Positions 26,344 to 39,975 of a stretch of DNA of 64,000 nt are shown piece after piece. Positions within the stretch are counted from its first letter, which is position 1; every line of letters begins with the position of its first letter. This DNA comes from Pocillopora damicornis. Its lineage: Eukaryota. Location: NCBI RefSeq assembly GCF_003704095.1, contig NW_020843829.1, positions 1,674,001 to 1,738,000 on the forward strand, in the 5' to 3' direction. The notes below the pieces were generated by a model. That model was not told where the DNA came from, ran no database searches, and saw nothing but the letters and a program-made list of their open reading frames with translations. A program made the translations under genes and the position numbers.

Positions 26344-29300
26344 TATCTTGGTTTTACAATGAACATTCCTATTTCAGGTAAATCTCCTTCGCTTTAAGAT
26401 ATTTCCTACTTTGCACCTTTCTCATTTTCAGTGGAAAACATTTGAAATCGTTGCTTTGCTGTAAGTGAGTTATCCAGTTTTAAAACTGCTCGGAAGGACC
26501 GGTGATTCAGTCCGGTTCATGCAATTGATACACCTTTGAAATTTCCAAATGCGCAACCAACATGGAGTAAGATCATATTGTACTTTGAATAACCTGTGTT
26601 CTTTGTGTATATCAGGAAGTGTAATCAATCTAGTGTAGTTTTCAGGGAAATATGACCGATTTCATCGTGTCATTTACGATTCCATAAGAATGTCTGCTGT
26701 CTTCTATATGTGTGGTCTGTGTTTTGCTCTCATGTCGTGCCAGGCCTTTAGCCAAAAACTTGGCTTCGCCGAGGACGAAGTTAAGTACAGCTATATAGTG
26801 GGGGTCGTCTCTTTCTATTTCTCTTTAACGACGAGAAAAACGAACCAAATAGACAGTGATAAAGTAATTGTCTGGCACGAGCTTACCAATTTTGAGGGAA
26901 AATGGGGGGAGAAGCTTCGAACTTTTGAAAAATGAATGTCGACAAAGGGGAGTTACAATTTATTACAAAAGAATGTGGGTAATTTATAGTCTTATGTTTG
27001 GGTATGAAAATTCTGAGTAACGCCCTTAAGTGGGTAGATGTCTTGAATGATGTCATATGTTCCAGGACAGAATTGTGAGTTAGCTTGCGAGTCGAAACCT
27101 GAAATGATGCAATAATGTAATGTTTAGCGATTGAGCTTGTTAAAAGCATACTGCCTCGGTTCTTCGAATTTCGAAAATATTTCGGTCATATATAGGGTCA
27201 GGATTAGGAGAGAGGGGGCACACTGACACCAAAGGGAGATTCTCTTTGGTATGTTTTGTTTCTAGTTTGGTGAACAAACGTTGGACAAATCTCATGGACT
27301 ACTTTCACATCCTGATGAAATGTAAACTTTTATAATTACCTTATTGGGATAAACTTTTAACAGCGTTTAGGAAAAAATTGACTGAAATTGTTGCGGAAAA
27401 TTTAGGTCAGTTTACAAGTCAGTATTTTGAAACACAAAAATGCATGCTGGAATCAAGTCGCCATCATCTTCAAGTCTTCAACACGCCTTTATTTCCGGGC
27501 TGTAAGTGACTTATTTACCAAAGTCATTCTTTCCCCACCTACTACGTTTAGTAAATTTTGACTTCGTGTAATTATTAATGATTTTGCTGACCATATAAAG
27601 GAGTTATTACGACAAAATACTTAAGAAAGAATTAGCTTTCAATTACCCGGTTAGGGATTAAACAAAAAAGCGGCCTTGCCTAACACGCGTAAGTACGTGC
27701 TTGAAGTGCGTTATCAAGCGGTAACTACATTCTAAAAAGACCACCAAGTGATAGTCATTAATGACTCTTCAAATAGTCGATAAGATGATGTACTTCTGAT
27801 ACAAAAGTGCTTAAAGACTCCTGTGGGAAACATATCATAACATATTACCAAAAATTGCTTTAATCTAAAACTTTACAAGCACATGTTACAATACACATGA
27901 TGGTTTTCCAAATATGTGAAACCTATCCCCCAACGGAATATTTCAACAGGTAATCCCGAGAGTTACTTGGTCAAATTCCTCGCCATTATGAAATGACGGA
28001 CGTCAAAATCATGAACAGTTTAGTTCAACAAAAAGTTGCCACAATCATTAGTTTTATTATACATTTTCTTACAGTTGGCTCCGTTGCTGCACTGAAACTG
28101 GCATTTCAATCATACGCCGTGCGTAGCTCTTCATTCATGATTACAAAGACATTTTTTTCTCGATGAAGACTTGTTATGAAAAACAGATGTTCCAGACCTC
28201 ACAAGTAATTGAATACTTGGCAAAGATCATTGCTATGGAATGACCCACTAGTTATGATGAGCTTTCAGTTGTTTTCTTGTTATCCTAGGATCTATCAGAT
28301 AGCCCATAAATTAACAAATACTTAAGATAAGCTGTGTTACATAAACAAAATTTGTTTTAGTTTTTTTTTTTTTTTCGTTTTTAAATTTCCATTATTTGAA
28401 ATCAATTATCCGCTGGGGAACATGTTTCCGGCCTAAAAATCCTAAAGATTCTGAAAAAAAACCCGGCTTTCATCAAGTTGGTGGGCACAATCAAAGTCTG
28501 TTGATTGTTTTTCCTGAATGTCATGAAGACTCTGTACTTTCCTTCAGGGGTCGAGAATTGGACTTGGAAAGTACATGTTTTACAGATATCATCACGCATG
28601 TTAAAAGTAAACTGCATCTCACCAAATTTGTTGAACTTCTATTTCTCGTTTTGACTTTGTGCAAATCACAAACCTCTATGATAAGAATCTGGTCTAATAA
28701 TATTGACAAATTTTCTACCTTTAAGAAATAAGATTAAGAAAAAGTAATCGAAACCAAAGCCGTTTCCTCCAACTTTCATTTTCCCTCTCGCTTGGAAAGA
28801 ATACAGGCATCTTTCCCTTTACGTGATTCCCATGAAAAAGCCGGTGATATGTACGCCGGTCTGACAATGGAAATGTCTACACGCTTACCGGTTTTTTGCG
28901 GTCCTTATCATAGTCGTGTGCAAAATGGTCAATTATAAACGGTGTGTTGGTTTAGAGGTAAATCATGTACCTTTCGCGGTCTTTTTGAGAGAATCATCCG
29001 CATGAAATGAGTGACAGCGGCAACAATGTTGAAGAAAATTTTGGTAAAAAGCGATTAAGGAGTAAGGGGTTAACATGTAATTTTAAAAGTACTTCCTTCC
29101 GGTATAAAAAGCTTATTTTGCAGAGTTTTATAGTTTTGTCTAATGTGTTAATCTCGGTTTTTGCGGTAAGCCATTTCTGAAGAGGCCGAAATAACGATTA
29201 GAAACAGGGCGGTAATAAAAAGTGATTTGGAAAAATTTAAAGATACTCAAGCTGGGGTTTGTTTGGCCCTCCATGAGATATAAAGTTTGGGATCTTTGTT

Positions 29301-31729
29301 GAGAATGTTTTTATAGCCTATCTTGTCATTTGTAACGGTGGGATTACGAGTACTCTTGCTCAAGTGTTTATTGCCTTCGGCTCCCCATAAATCATTATGA
29401 TAAATTATGTGCACGACCTGCTATGTACAGCAAGTGTTATAAGGAAATACACGTTTAATTGCAGGACTGTCTGACTATTTATATCACATTTATCACTACA
29501 CGTACACTTTAGATGGCCAAATACTGTATGAAATAAGCACGTGTATTTGGTTTCTCTGAGAAAGAGAAATCTGATTGTCCCAAACATGTTCCGGTCCGAT
29601 CTGATTGAAACGTCATTTTGAACTTCTTTCTGTATTTTCCTTTTTATTTTGTTTCTTCCTATGCTTCCTCTCTTATCAAAGAAACTTTCAACATTCGCCA
29701 AGGAATTTGGAACAGTGTCGCCTTTCCCTTTAATCAAGGTAACTCATCCGTCGGCTCCCTTTTATGGGTGTCGAGTTGTTGGCATCTAACAGGAAATACA
29801 TTGTCGTTTAATCTGTGGCGTTATGCACAGATTGCTCTAATATTCTGAACGTTTCATGTATCTCTCAAATTTTAAAATGACCTGGTCCGATCATTTTGGC
29901 ACCACTTGTGTGTGGAGAGTTGCGGCTAAAGAGCTCCAATCACTCTTGATAGCAAAGGCGCTTAGCTGATTCAACTTGCCAGCTTCCAAGATTAGCACGT
30001 GCATCGGCTAGAAAATCCTCACGGTACTTGATCAAGGTAAGCCGTTTATTGTTTGAAAATCGTTACTTACGAAATCCAAATCAAATTTCGTGAAATCTTC
30101 CAAAGCCTGACTTAAGGTATGCCTCCCTTACTTCTTAGTGATCAAAAAGCAAAAATTCAAGCACAAACAAAATTTTGAAAACAGGAAACCCCTTTCAGCT
30201 TTGTTAAAACAGCTAAGGAAAGAGAGCAACGCACACTTCTCTTTGTAAAGACGACTAAACTGTAAAATGTTCTTCTCAAAACATTTTCCCACAAAAGAAT
30301 TTACGGTCAAAGTTTTGTAATTTCAAATATCGGCTTTTGGTCATAAAGTGTCATCAAAGTCAGTAAAGGATCTTGTGACACTTTTTTTAAAGAAAGAATC
30401 CTTGACACTGTCTCACCCTCTGATAAGTTTCACCAGATAGTCTGAGGTATGGCGGAGGATTGTCTATATTTGCGTGATTCTTAAGTCATCACCCCTTATT
30501 ACAACCTCGCCTTACGCAGTGGTACCTTTTAACAACTTAAAATGGACTATCCTGTTATCTGTTGTAAAAATAAAAGGCGGTTTGACAAGATATGTGCGGC
30601 GCACAAGCATGATAAAGACCAGTGGGCTCTCACACTGCGTTATCTTATTGCACAAGGCACGTCAAAATAACCTGAGATGCACCTTAAGGCTTCATAAAAA
30701 GGAAAACGACACTTGCTGTAACTCAGAGACTGAATAGAACAACCACCTTTATCCGTTTGCTCAATGGCCTTCACATTATCATAATGGTCAATATTCGCTT
30801 TTAAGTTGTTGAAAAACAGTTTTAACTCCATTCTAACTCTGCTGTCGTTACTTCCTTGCCAAGATTTTTTATGTAAAAAAAAAAAAAACTGTAAGTTCTG
30901 TTTCAGTTCTGTTAGTTTTGAGGAAATAAATTGCTTTCTTTTGACTTAATATCGCAATCTTTTTTAACAAAAGTCATCATAGGAACTTTGGCTACGCATT
31001 TGAGGCATGCGTGATCTTGTGTGTAGTATGCTGACCAGGATTAACTTCGGTTCATCTTTTCTATTCATCAGTGTTTTCTCAGGCTCATTTTGTATGGCTT
31101 GTCGTAAATTTGGAGAGAAAAAAATTTATGCCCTACTAAGAATGTAAACTTTGAAAAGTTCGTACATTGGTAAATAGAAACAGATGTTGTGGTTTAAATT
31201 TTGAACAAAGAGGAAAATCACTTTTACGAGAGGAAAACCTCCTGAGGCAAATCGCACGCAACTACTCAATCAATGACGCCACTATAAACCACAATTAACG
31301 TCACTTTCTGTCGAAGCTCTGAGACATTGTCTGCCACAGCACGGTGAAATGACCTGAAAATTTTCAACAAGGAAGTGCACGTCAATCATTTTTACTGTCC
31401 CAAAAACATTTTTTGATTTCCTACTTACGATAGGATTTTAACAGTTCACACAAGTCAAGCTTTAAATTTATCTGTATCAAAAATGAGAAGGCCATATTTA
31501 GTAGTTGTTAACTAGCGATATTTCACACATTCTGGGTTAAGCTCTAGGTTACACGACTTGATATTTCCTGCCAACGTTTCTATATTTGAAAACTGCAGCC
31601 ATTAGTGCGTTTTAGCTAATAGCGATAACAAATTATTAATGGGGCTCTTTATCAATATTGTTTTCTCTGTGTGTGTTTTTTCCAAAACAGAGTGTTAATT
31701 TTGTCATTTATCAGTACTTTACATTTTTC

Positions 31730-31830
31730 CAGAGCGCGCCCGCGCATTTTCCGCCCATCCGCCCAGTGGGTGTGCACGCACAGGATGTTACATGGTCGCG
31801 CGCCGGGCCATAATGAATCCTTTTAGTTAC
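31730..31830 (+). promoter_or_regulatory. GC/CpG-rich putative Wnt4 promoter
   Basis: Locally GC-rich island in an AT-rich background, with two CCGCCC GC boxes (ccgcccatccgccc) and gcgcgcc runs. It lies about 240 bp upstream of a strong donor (AT|gtaagt at 32069). Confidence 0.5.
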
Positions 31831-34800
31831 GCAGCATTGACTCTCTCGCTGTTATCGCTGTGACAATATGAAAGGTAGTGTTAGCCGAAGAGAAGAGAAG
31901 CCATCTTGAACTGGGCCAGCGAGATAAGCTATCCCTAAGTTATAGGGATTCAAACAAAAAGTTATTCACCCTCGGTGGAAGGTGCGAAAATGCGAGTATT
32001 GGCTGCTTGTCTGCTTGTTCTGTGATGTTGCGTGTCGCCATGAAAACATCAATAGCTACAGCAATTATGTAAGTTCATAACTAGCCATGATGAAGGAACA
32101 TATTGCGAAAAAAAAAACCTGGTATTTTAATACCACTGTCATGGACAATTTGGATGATCTTAAAACTTTAGCAGAGAAAAATTTTTTTCATAACTTACAG
32201 CCTCTCGGTAAGCATTGACGTATTCTTTACCCTGACTAAACAAGGGTGCGTGCATTGCATGGTATGTCATTCCTCAACTGTAATCAGTGCTAGGCGTCGG
32301 AAAGGGGTCGATTCCTGCATCTTAAACACTCGGATACCAGACGAAAAATTAAAATTTTTGACGATTTTAAAAGCTTTAAAGGTTAGCGTTAAAATCACCG
32401 TGACTATTGGTAAGATATTGAATTTTTCTACAACTTTACTATGAGACTCAATTGCATTTACTTTATTCGACTTTCTCGTTTCAAGGTTAAGCCCGAATTC
32501 ATTTATTGTTCTTGATTCTCGTGGTGAGTGCCGAGCTACTGTAATCCCATCTAGATACTGTTTGTTGTATCTTATTGATTTGAGCTTACACGAATAAAGA
32601 AGCCTCTCAATATAAAAGGCTGACCAAATCAGTGATTTTGACCTTTCCATCGCCATCTTGATTCCTTAGCAAGCGACTGCGACGGCAAAGCTCCAAGGGA
32701 ATGCCGACTGAATCAGATTATTCCCATAAAAGAAAGTTGACCTGCGCAGCCGTCGCGTCAAATTTGACATTCGCGCCCTTTGTGTCGATTGAGACAACAG
32801 CGAATTTGTTTGTCGCGTTTTTACACTAGCGGAAAGCTAACGCCTTTTGTTCTTCAGCCCACAATGGTTCAGTTTTAGTCGTTTCCCCATACAAACAACA
32901 TATGTGATCGATATACTTTGAGATGTTTTCATCCTTTGATCAGCTTGACAAAAAATTATATATGACGGTGTTCAATAACGGCGTTTCGTTGTTTTTGTTG
33001 GCGGGCTAACATGTAATAATAAACTAATATCCATTGTTCGCATTCATTCGAATAATTTTTTAATTAAGAAAGTTCTCTGGGAAGGCTTAAGAAAAATATT
33101 TGGCATAGTTTGATTTTTTTTGAAAATCGTCTCGCAAGATGTTCAACATATTTGCTGTTGTATAGGGAAAAAAAACGTGCTATGGAGTCATAACAAAACT
33201 AACCACAAGACTTAAGTTCTAAAGAAAATTATACGCGACGGCGGATTTGTCGAAATTAAAACGCTTATTAAAACAAGCTAGCAGAAATAAGGAAGTTTTA
33301 AAAGACCGCTAAACACCTTGAATTGCTCTCAACTTTCTCAGCTTTTCCGGTGATTTTTAATTGTTTATTTACATAATGCCCACGGTGAGTTCATATTAAT
33401 TATGACACTTGGGGAGGCTTGTTGTTTACCAACACGAACATGATACAATCTACTGCTTGACGAAATATAAAGATCAAAGAGTCTCAGAGCAAGTCGACGA
33501 GCGATCGTACGCACACTGTTCATATCTCCTGGTGTTTATTTCCCTCATTGTTTCAAGTTAAAAAGTGATCTAAGTTCTCATCATCGCTTATTATAAAGAT
33601 GATTTGTAGCAACTGGTTTGTCTGGGTGTGAGGTCCCATGGGACGTGAAGGCGTTATTATAAACTGGTGTATTATAGTCGAGAAATTGAGCCGAAAACAG
33701 GTCAATAAAAATCCGTGTGAGCCAAAGCATAAAAACAAAGTACAGAAGGGGTTAGGAAAGTTACAAGCAGCAGTAAAGTAAAGAGGTTAAGAATTTCTGG
33801 GATAAGGTGAGAGAACATTGCTTCATTTTTAACCGACTGAGTCCGCCTCAGGATACATCATACGTTGTGTTAGTTTGATAATGTCGAAATGGGGGCAAAA
33901 TAAGAAATGTAATATGTCCAAAGTTGCACTGAAATTGTCTTATTAAAAGAGGATTTGAAGATTACTCAGATCGTTTCTCAGCTACCATTCTTGTAAACCC
34001 AAGCACTGCAACCACAAGTAACACGGTTTTTCTAAGTTGTCCAGTCAGAAGAATCCTTTTCAGCAAATCGGGCAAAACAAACTTGTAAAAGAAGTATCTA
34101 GAGTTGAAAGTTCACGAAAGATTCGGAAGTGAATACTTTCCCAAACTGTGTAAAGTTCCAAGAGAGTATGAAGGCTAATTTTAAAAAAAATATTGTAGAT
34201 AATCCTGTAGGCAGCCATAGCTGATATGCACCTGTTATTTCGTCCTGAGGAACGATGACAGCAAGCAGCTAGAAACTTTTTACTTAAGAAAAAATTCGGC
34301 CGGTCGTGATGCGTAGAAACACGCAAGATAAGCCGACAAAGTGCGCAATTAGTTATTATCGGCTTAATCTCTATTGAAAACAGTCTGGCCACTTCATAAA
34401 ACAGTTTAGATCAATAACTTTTCTGCACGAGTAAATAAAACTGATAAATAGTGCAAATACGATTTAGAACATACCGCGTACGCGGAATAGGGTTTGACAT
34501 TCCCTTTTTGAGTTTCCAGCCTTACCTTCAGTCAAACAAGTTAGAAGTTTTCGTGGCACCACGAGATAATTATCATATATTTTTGTCATGACTTAACAAC
34601 TTTTATTGTCCTATAGGACAAGGACAATAGTTGTTAAAATGATATGGCTGTGTAGTGACTAACCCGTAATTAACTACTAGTCTTGAACAGAACGTGAACT
34701 CGTTCGCTTAATTTAGAAGCTCTTTTAAAACCTGATATCAATTTTGACTTTGTAGATAAAATGCTACCTCTGTGGTTTATGAGAATCTTTTTTCATAAAA

Positions 34801-35064
34801 TTGTCTGGTGCATTCCTGTAGGTCTAATAGCTTATTTTAATTAAGTTTTGTTGTTCCCATTACACAATATTCATAGAGTAAAGTACCGTCAGAAGCTGAC
34901 TTTGTCTTCTTCATCAAGTGTAGCCGCGGTAACCGCTTTGAGCGAGACCCGCGTAGTGGGATTTCATTAGGAGGCCAGATTTCTCTTTTGTTTCACAAAT
35001 TCTTATGATAAACCTTTATTATTTTACTTTGCCAGATAAAGACACCGCTCTTGCTGCAGGTAAC

Positions 35065-38000
35065 ATGGTACTTTTCAAGACACTTACTCTCTTCCAGTTT
35101 TTGGTGGCAGTGGAATTTTCACTTCTCTCTCTTGTCACATCAAGTCAATGGCTGTAAGTATTAAACCAAGAAATCGCGGTACCTCAATGAAAATCTCTTC
35201 AACATCAGAGTTTGATAGAGGATGGTGTGTTTTGTTCCGCACTGTCTGGTTTCTGTCGTCATTGAGTTCAAAGTATTACTTTAAACCATCTAAATTAATA
35301 AATTTGTGCTTACCAGTTCCTGACGACAGTGAAATGAGTATTTAATTTAACTAGCTCTTTGCAGCTGTTGAAATTGAGAAGTGCAGCAACAAAAATAATT
35401 CCCGATCTGTCATCGTGAACACTGAAATGGAATGGAAAAACTTTAACCGGGGTTTACTGAACGCCAGCATCAAAATCCAAAAATCGCCCGGTTAGACGAC
35501 GGCAATCATCGCGAATGGAATTCTTCTTTCAAATTGTTTTTCCGTTTTTTATTTCGTTTAAGCTGATCCAATATTCAACTCAGTACCAAACTTATGGAAG
35601 ACAATTTTCACGTAAAAAGAATTAATATTGGTCGAGCAGTGTAGAACTAAACAGACGTATAGACTTGATAAATCAACTGAAAACTTGTAAATAATTCCAA
35701 TCATGGACAAATCAATCGCGTCAATGAAAGTTGATTCCATAGGAACCTCTAAACAACGAATTATCAATCTCAAAATTGAATCAGTGGCAGACGCGCCAAA
35801 TTTGTTTTTCAAACTGTCTTTGGTTACAACTGTAGATTAAATAGTGTTCATAAGTGATAACATCGACTCTGTTAACATTTACAGATCACTGGCGCTCAGC
35901 AGCTCTGTTACTAAGTTTAACACGCGTCGAAGCTGTGACGAAGTCGGTACCCACTTTAACAACAGACAGGTACAAGTCTGCAAAAGGAATGTTGACGTCA
36001 TGAACAGTGTCAAATTTGGTGCCACAATTGCTGTCCAGGAATGTCAACATCAGTTTCGCTATCGAAGGTGGAACTGTACCACTCTGCAATTTGAAAAATC
36101 CCCTGTCTTTGGAAATTCTGTAAACGGAGGTAGGCAACATTTCCGCAAATTTTTATTCCATATCTGCGCGTCACTATTCTAACTACTGTAATGGCCTACA
36201 TCAAGAAACTGTCACTGCAGACCGATAACAGAAAGAACACTTAGCACTCCTCAAGTCAAGTAAGAAACTGGACCGTCTAATTTGAATTTCCTCGTAATGA
36301 AGGTGCCTGCAGCATTTAGTAACATGTGATTACGAAAGACAAGGGGAAACAATTTTTAATGAGCTTTATTCCCGCTTATTCTGTTTAGGAACCAGGGAAG
36401 CTGCTTTTGTTCATTCCATTTCGTCAGCGGGGGTAGCTTATGCTGTGACGCATTCCTGCAGCGCGGGAAAACTTGGACGAAGGTGTGGCTGTGACCAGAA
36501 GAACAATGGAAAAATGTCTAAAGAGGGTTGGAAATGGGCAGGGTGTAGTGATGATATCAACTTTGGAATTGAGTTTTCCAAAACCTTTGTGGACGCAAGA
36601 GAACGTGGTCGTAAAGGAGAGGATCCATCTCGTATTTCTATGAACTTACACAACAACAACGCAGGGAGAAAGGTGAGTTGATACTCATTTCAGCGCTTGG
36701 TGGACTAAAAATTTTGAAGTTCAGTAGAGATGTTAGATCATTAAAATCATAAGGATATTCATACGGTCATCTCATGGGTTTCAATTGGCGGATTTAAATC
36801 CATTTTGTTTGTTTCTGCTCCTAACTGTTCGTCAAGATGCCGGCAGCATGAGACGAAATTGCAAGTTTGGCCCTGATCCACTGAATTTGTATTTTATTGA
36901 AAGGTCTAACTGAAAGCTAAATATTTATATTGATGAATAGTATTGGCAAAAGAGAAACAATCGATAGACCTGATAAACTCGTGCGCTACAAATATGTTTA
37001 GTCGATAGTTGAATGATTGACAGAAATTCACTTATGTAGCACCGCTTCTTATGATTTTTTTGGAAACTTAGAAAATGCAAAAAAAAAAAAGTGACATCTA
37101 CACGAAACAGTTTCTTTACCTATTATGGCCCCCTGCGCTATAGCTAGCGTTACAGTAACATTTGCTTAATCCTCCCTAGCGTCTACTGGTGTGGGGAACT
37201 TGTTAAATACCGAGACTTAAAGTGAAGATGACTATGTCGTAGCAAGGACCCTTTGTAGAAAAACATGAAGCAAGCCTAAGTAGCAAGGACCCTTTATCGA
37301 AAAACATGAAGCACACCCAAGTAACATTTCACCCTCTTAATTAATTTTGTGCAAAGTATTTCAAACACAAATTAGGGGACCTGCGCTTCTGCCTTCATTG
37401 TCGAAAGATCCAGGACTCGAAAGGCCGTTTTGTCCAATATTTTTTTTTGAAAGTCGAGTTTTCTTAGGAACATTCTCTACCCATCAGATCTACGAAAAAG
37501 AGTATCTAAGGAGTAAGAGAAAGCAGATCGAGTGAACATGATTTTGGTATTTTGATCACGTGAAAGTAGTAAATCTAACCGACGATTTGCTAATTTATAT
37601 TTCAATCAACAGGCCATCCTAAAGTACATGAAAATTCAATGTAAATGCCACGGTGTGTCAGGATCATGTAAAGTGAAAACCTGCTGGAGGTCACTTCCCA
37701 ATTTTAGACTGGTTGGAGATCATATCAAAGAAAAATTCGACGGAGCCACGGAAGTAGAACTAAAGCAAATTGGATCAAGGAGAGTTCTTCTTCCACGAAA
37801 TCGAAATTTTAAACCTCACACTGCGGTCGACCTTGTTTATATTGACCGTTCACCTGATTTCTGCACGCCAAATCTTAGCACTGGCTCCCTTGGAACCCAA
37901 GGAAGGATGTGCAACCGCACATCTCAAGCTATAGATGGATGTGAGTTGATGTGCTGCAGTCGGGGGTACACCACACACCAAGAAGCCAGGGTGGAGCGTT

Positions 38001-38080
38001 GTGAATGCAAGTTCTATTGGTGCTGTTATGTCAAGTGTCGCGAATGTCAGAGGCGAGTCGAGGTTAGCATCTGCAAGTAA
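35065..38080 (+). CDS. WNT4: Wnt4 ligand; join(35065..35153,35885..36129,36389..36672,37613..38080)
   Basis: Signal peptide [30 protein letters not shown]. Motifs: [55 protein letters not shown], lipidation motif [10 protein letters not shown], Wnt4-typical [10 protein letters not shown] and [12 protein letters not shown], and [11 protein letters not shown]. All introns are GT-AG with consistent phases (2,1,0). Confidence 0.93.
37239..37322. repeat. Tandem duplication, 2 x 41 bp, in Wnt4 intron 3
   Basis: gtagcaaggaccctttgtagaaaaacatgaagcaagcctaa is followed by gtagcaaggaccctttatcgaaaaacatgaagcacacccaa. Confidence 0.85.
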
Positions 38081-39911
38081 GCCAGTCCAATTCAGTCTCT
38101 CGACAATGGTGAGCTTTCATATATACGTTTTTGAGACGCGGACGGAAGCCAGTGGTGGAAAGTTCCTATCCCTTCGTTTGCGACAAATTTCTTCATCACG
38201 ATCTTTTCAAGTGGTTAGTTCTGATAATAGAGCATCAAGCCGATTTAATTGATGCTCTTTCTTAATCGGCTATTAACTTCTTCCACTGATAGCCGTCCGC
38301 ATTTCAAGAACGTCTCTGCTCAGGCTCCTCGTGTCCAATTTTTTTCGGAAGGGAAGCGGTTTTATGTACTGAAGTGAATGCAAAGGTCATTCACCTTTAA
38401 GTTTGGTCTTTAGCACTTCACTTTTCCTCACACCAGTACAAATTATCATAAGTTAGTTTAAGAGAACAGGGTCAGCGCAAATTTACGTGTAGACTAAAAT
38501 TGTTACAAATCACGGTATAATAATTAGGCTCCTAAAACTAATGACGAAACATTCTCAGGAATACATCGAAAATAAACTCGTCATTTGATTCAGATTCTTG
38601 TGTAAGTGACACGCTGAATGTCTGTAGATTCACAATCAGGGGCCACTAATCTGAACTCTTCTTATAATCGGGGTATGATAGAGGGAGAGAAAGGAAGGCC
38701 GGTTTATGCGGTCATGGTGTGACTATAAGAAGAAGAAAATGTAGAGCAGACACATTTAAATAACTTTAAGAATAAGAAATAGTGTCGAAAAATGAGGATG
38801 GCCGACTGAAACAATTTTTAAAGAAAAAAAAGGACATTTCTTGATTTTGTGTGTTGCGTGAGAGCGGTTCTCTAATTGAGGTATCAGTAGTTATCAAATA
38901 CCGAGCAAATCAAGACATTTAAAAGCGCATATACATTTTCCATATTTATTCGAACAATGAAATAATTTCGAAAAAATGGATTGATGTAGTTCACTTGTAG
39001 CTACATGTAAGATCTTGCAATCTCTGGTTTCCATGTGGTTTATGAAAGTGTAAACGACAATGGTGACGAGGAAACTGTGTCGCTAGCCTCTGTTTTAGTA
39101 TGTGACAACGTTGTATGTTAACTTATATAAAAATATTTCAAATTACCTACACCGCAATTTTAGATGTTCTTCGTGCATATAGTCAAAGAAAATTGGCTGT
39201 TTGCACAACAGTAACTCAAGACTACAAGCTAATAAAATTGTAAATATTGTAGAAACGTCAGCTGCAGCTTAATTTCCATTTATTGAACTACCTTGATTTT
39301 ATCTTTTAATAACCGTTTTTATGTAAACATGATACCTTGCAGCCACAAGAGGCGAAGAGAACAATAATACGGCCATGGGCGTGAGCATTGATTCTTAGCG
39401 AGAAAAACTTTCTATGTTTCGTCTCGACCAAAACACAATCCCACATTAAAGATCGTCACTCTTTCCGTACAAAAAACTGACGATTTTCCAAGCGATAATT
39501 GACGGTAAAAAAGTGAAACAAGGTTGAGCCTACATCAGAAATTAGCTCTCTACAACCGCCACGAACCACAACGGTCAACCTTTTTCAATTTATTTTCGGC
39601 CGATGGTCAATGTACTCAAACTCATTTCAATATCTTCACAACTTCCCCGTCTCTTTCCTCCCTCCCGAAGACATGGAAACAACCACCTGAGAAGCACGTT
39701 CAAAATGTTAAGATGTCATCATCGACAATCTTCTCGGGCAGACAGCTCTTAGCAGTTTGATTTTAGTAAGGAAGAATAAGTAACTGCAGAACTAAAGGAA
39801 AGGATTCTCCAAACCATTAGACTCTGTTTATCTTAATCGTTTTGTTTAGTGAAGGCTTTCCTTTTACACATCAATCAGTTTCAACAAAGTTTTCTTTCAA
39901 GTGTAGTACGA

Positions 39912-39975
39912 AGAAAATATTTAATTCCCACTCAAGAATCGAACCCCACACTCGAGTTCCAATGCTGTAGTAACA
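39912..39975 (-). mobile_element. Possible decayed tRNA-derived SINE head
   Basis: gaatcgaacc reads as the Pol III B-box GGTTCGATTC on the minus strand. No cloverleaf could be built. Confidence 0.25.

Noticed and set aside
14870-30831. Numerous 60-120 aa ORFs in the track
   Set aside because: No recognisable motifs, many non-ATG starts and AT-biased composition. They are consistent with chance ORFs in non-coding DNA.
37239-37322. CRISPR-like repeat
   Set aside because: Only two adjacent copies with no spacer, inside a eukaryotic intron.
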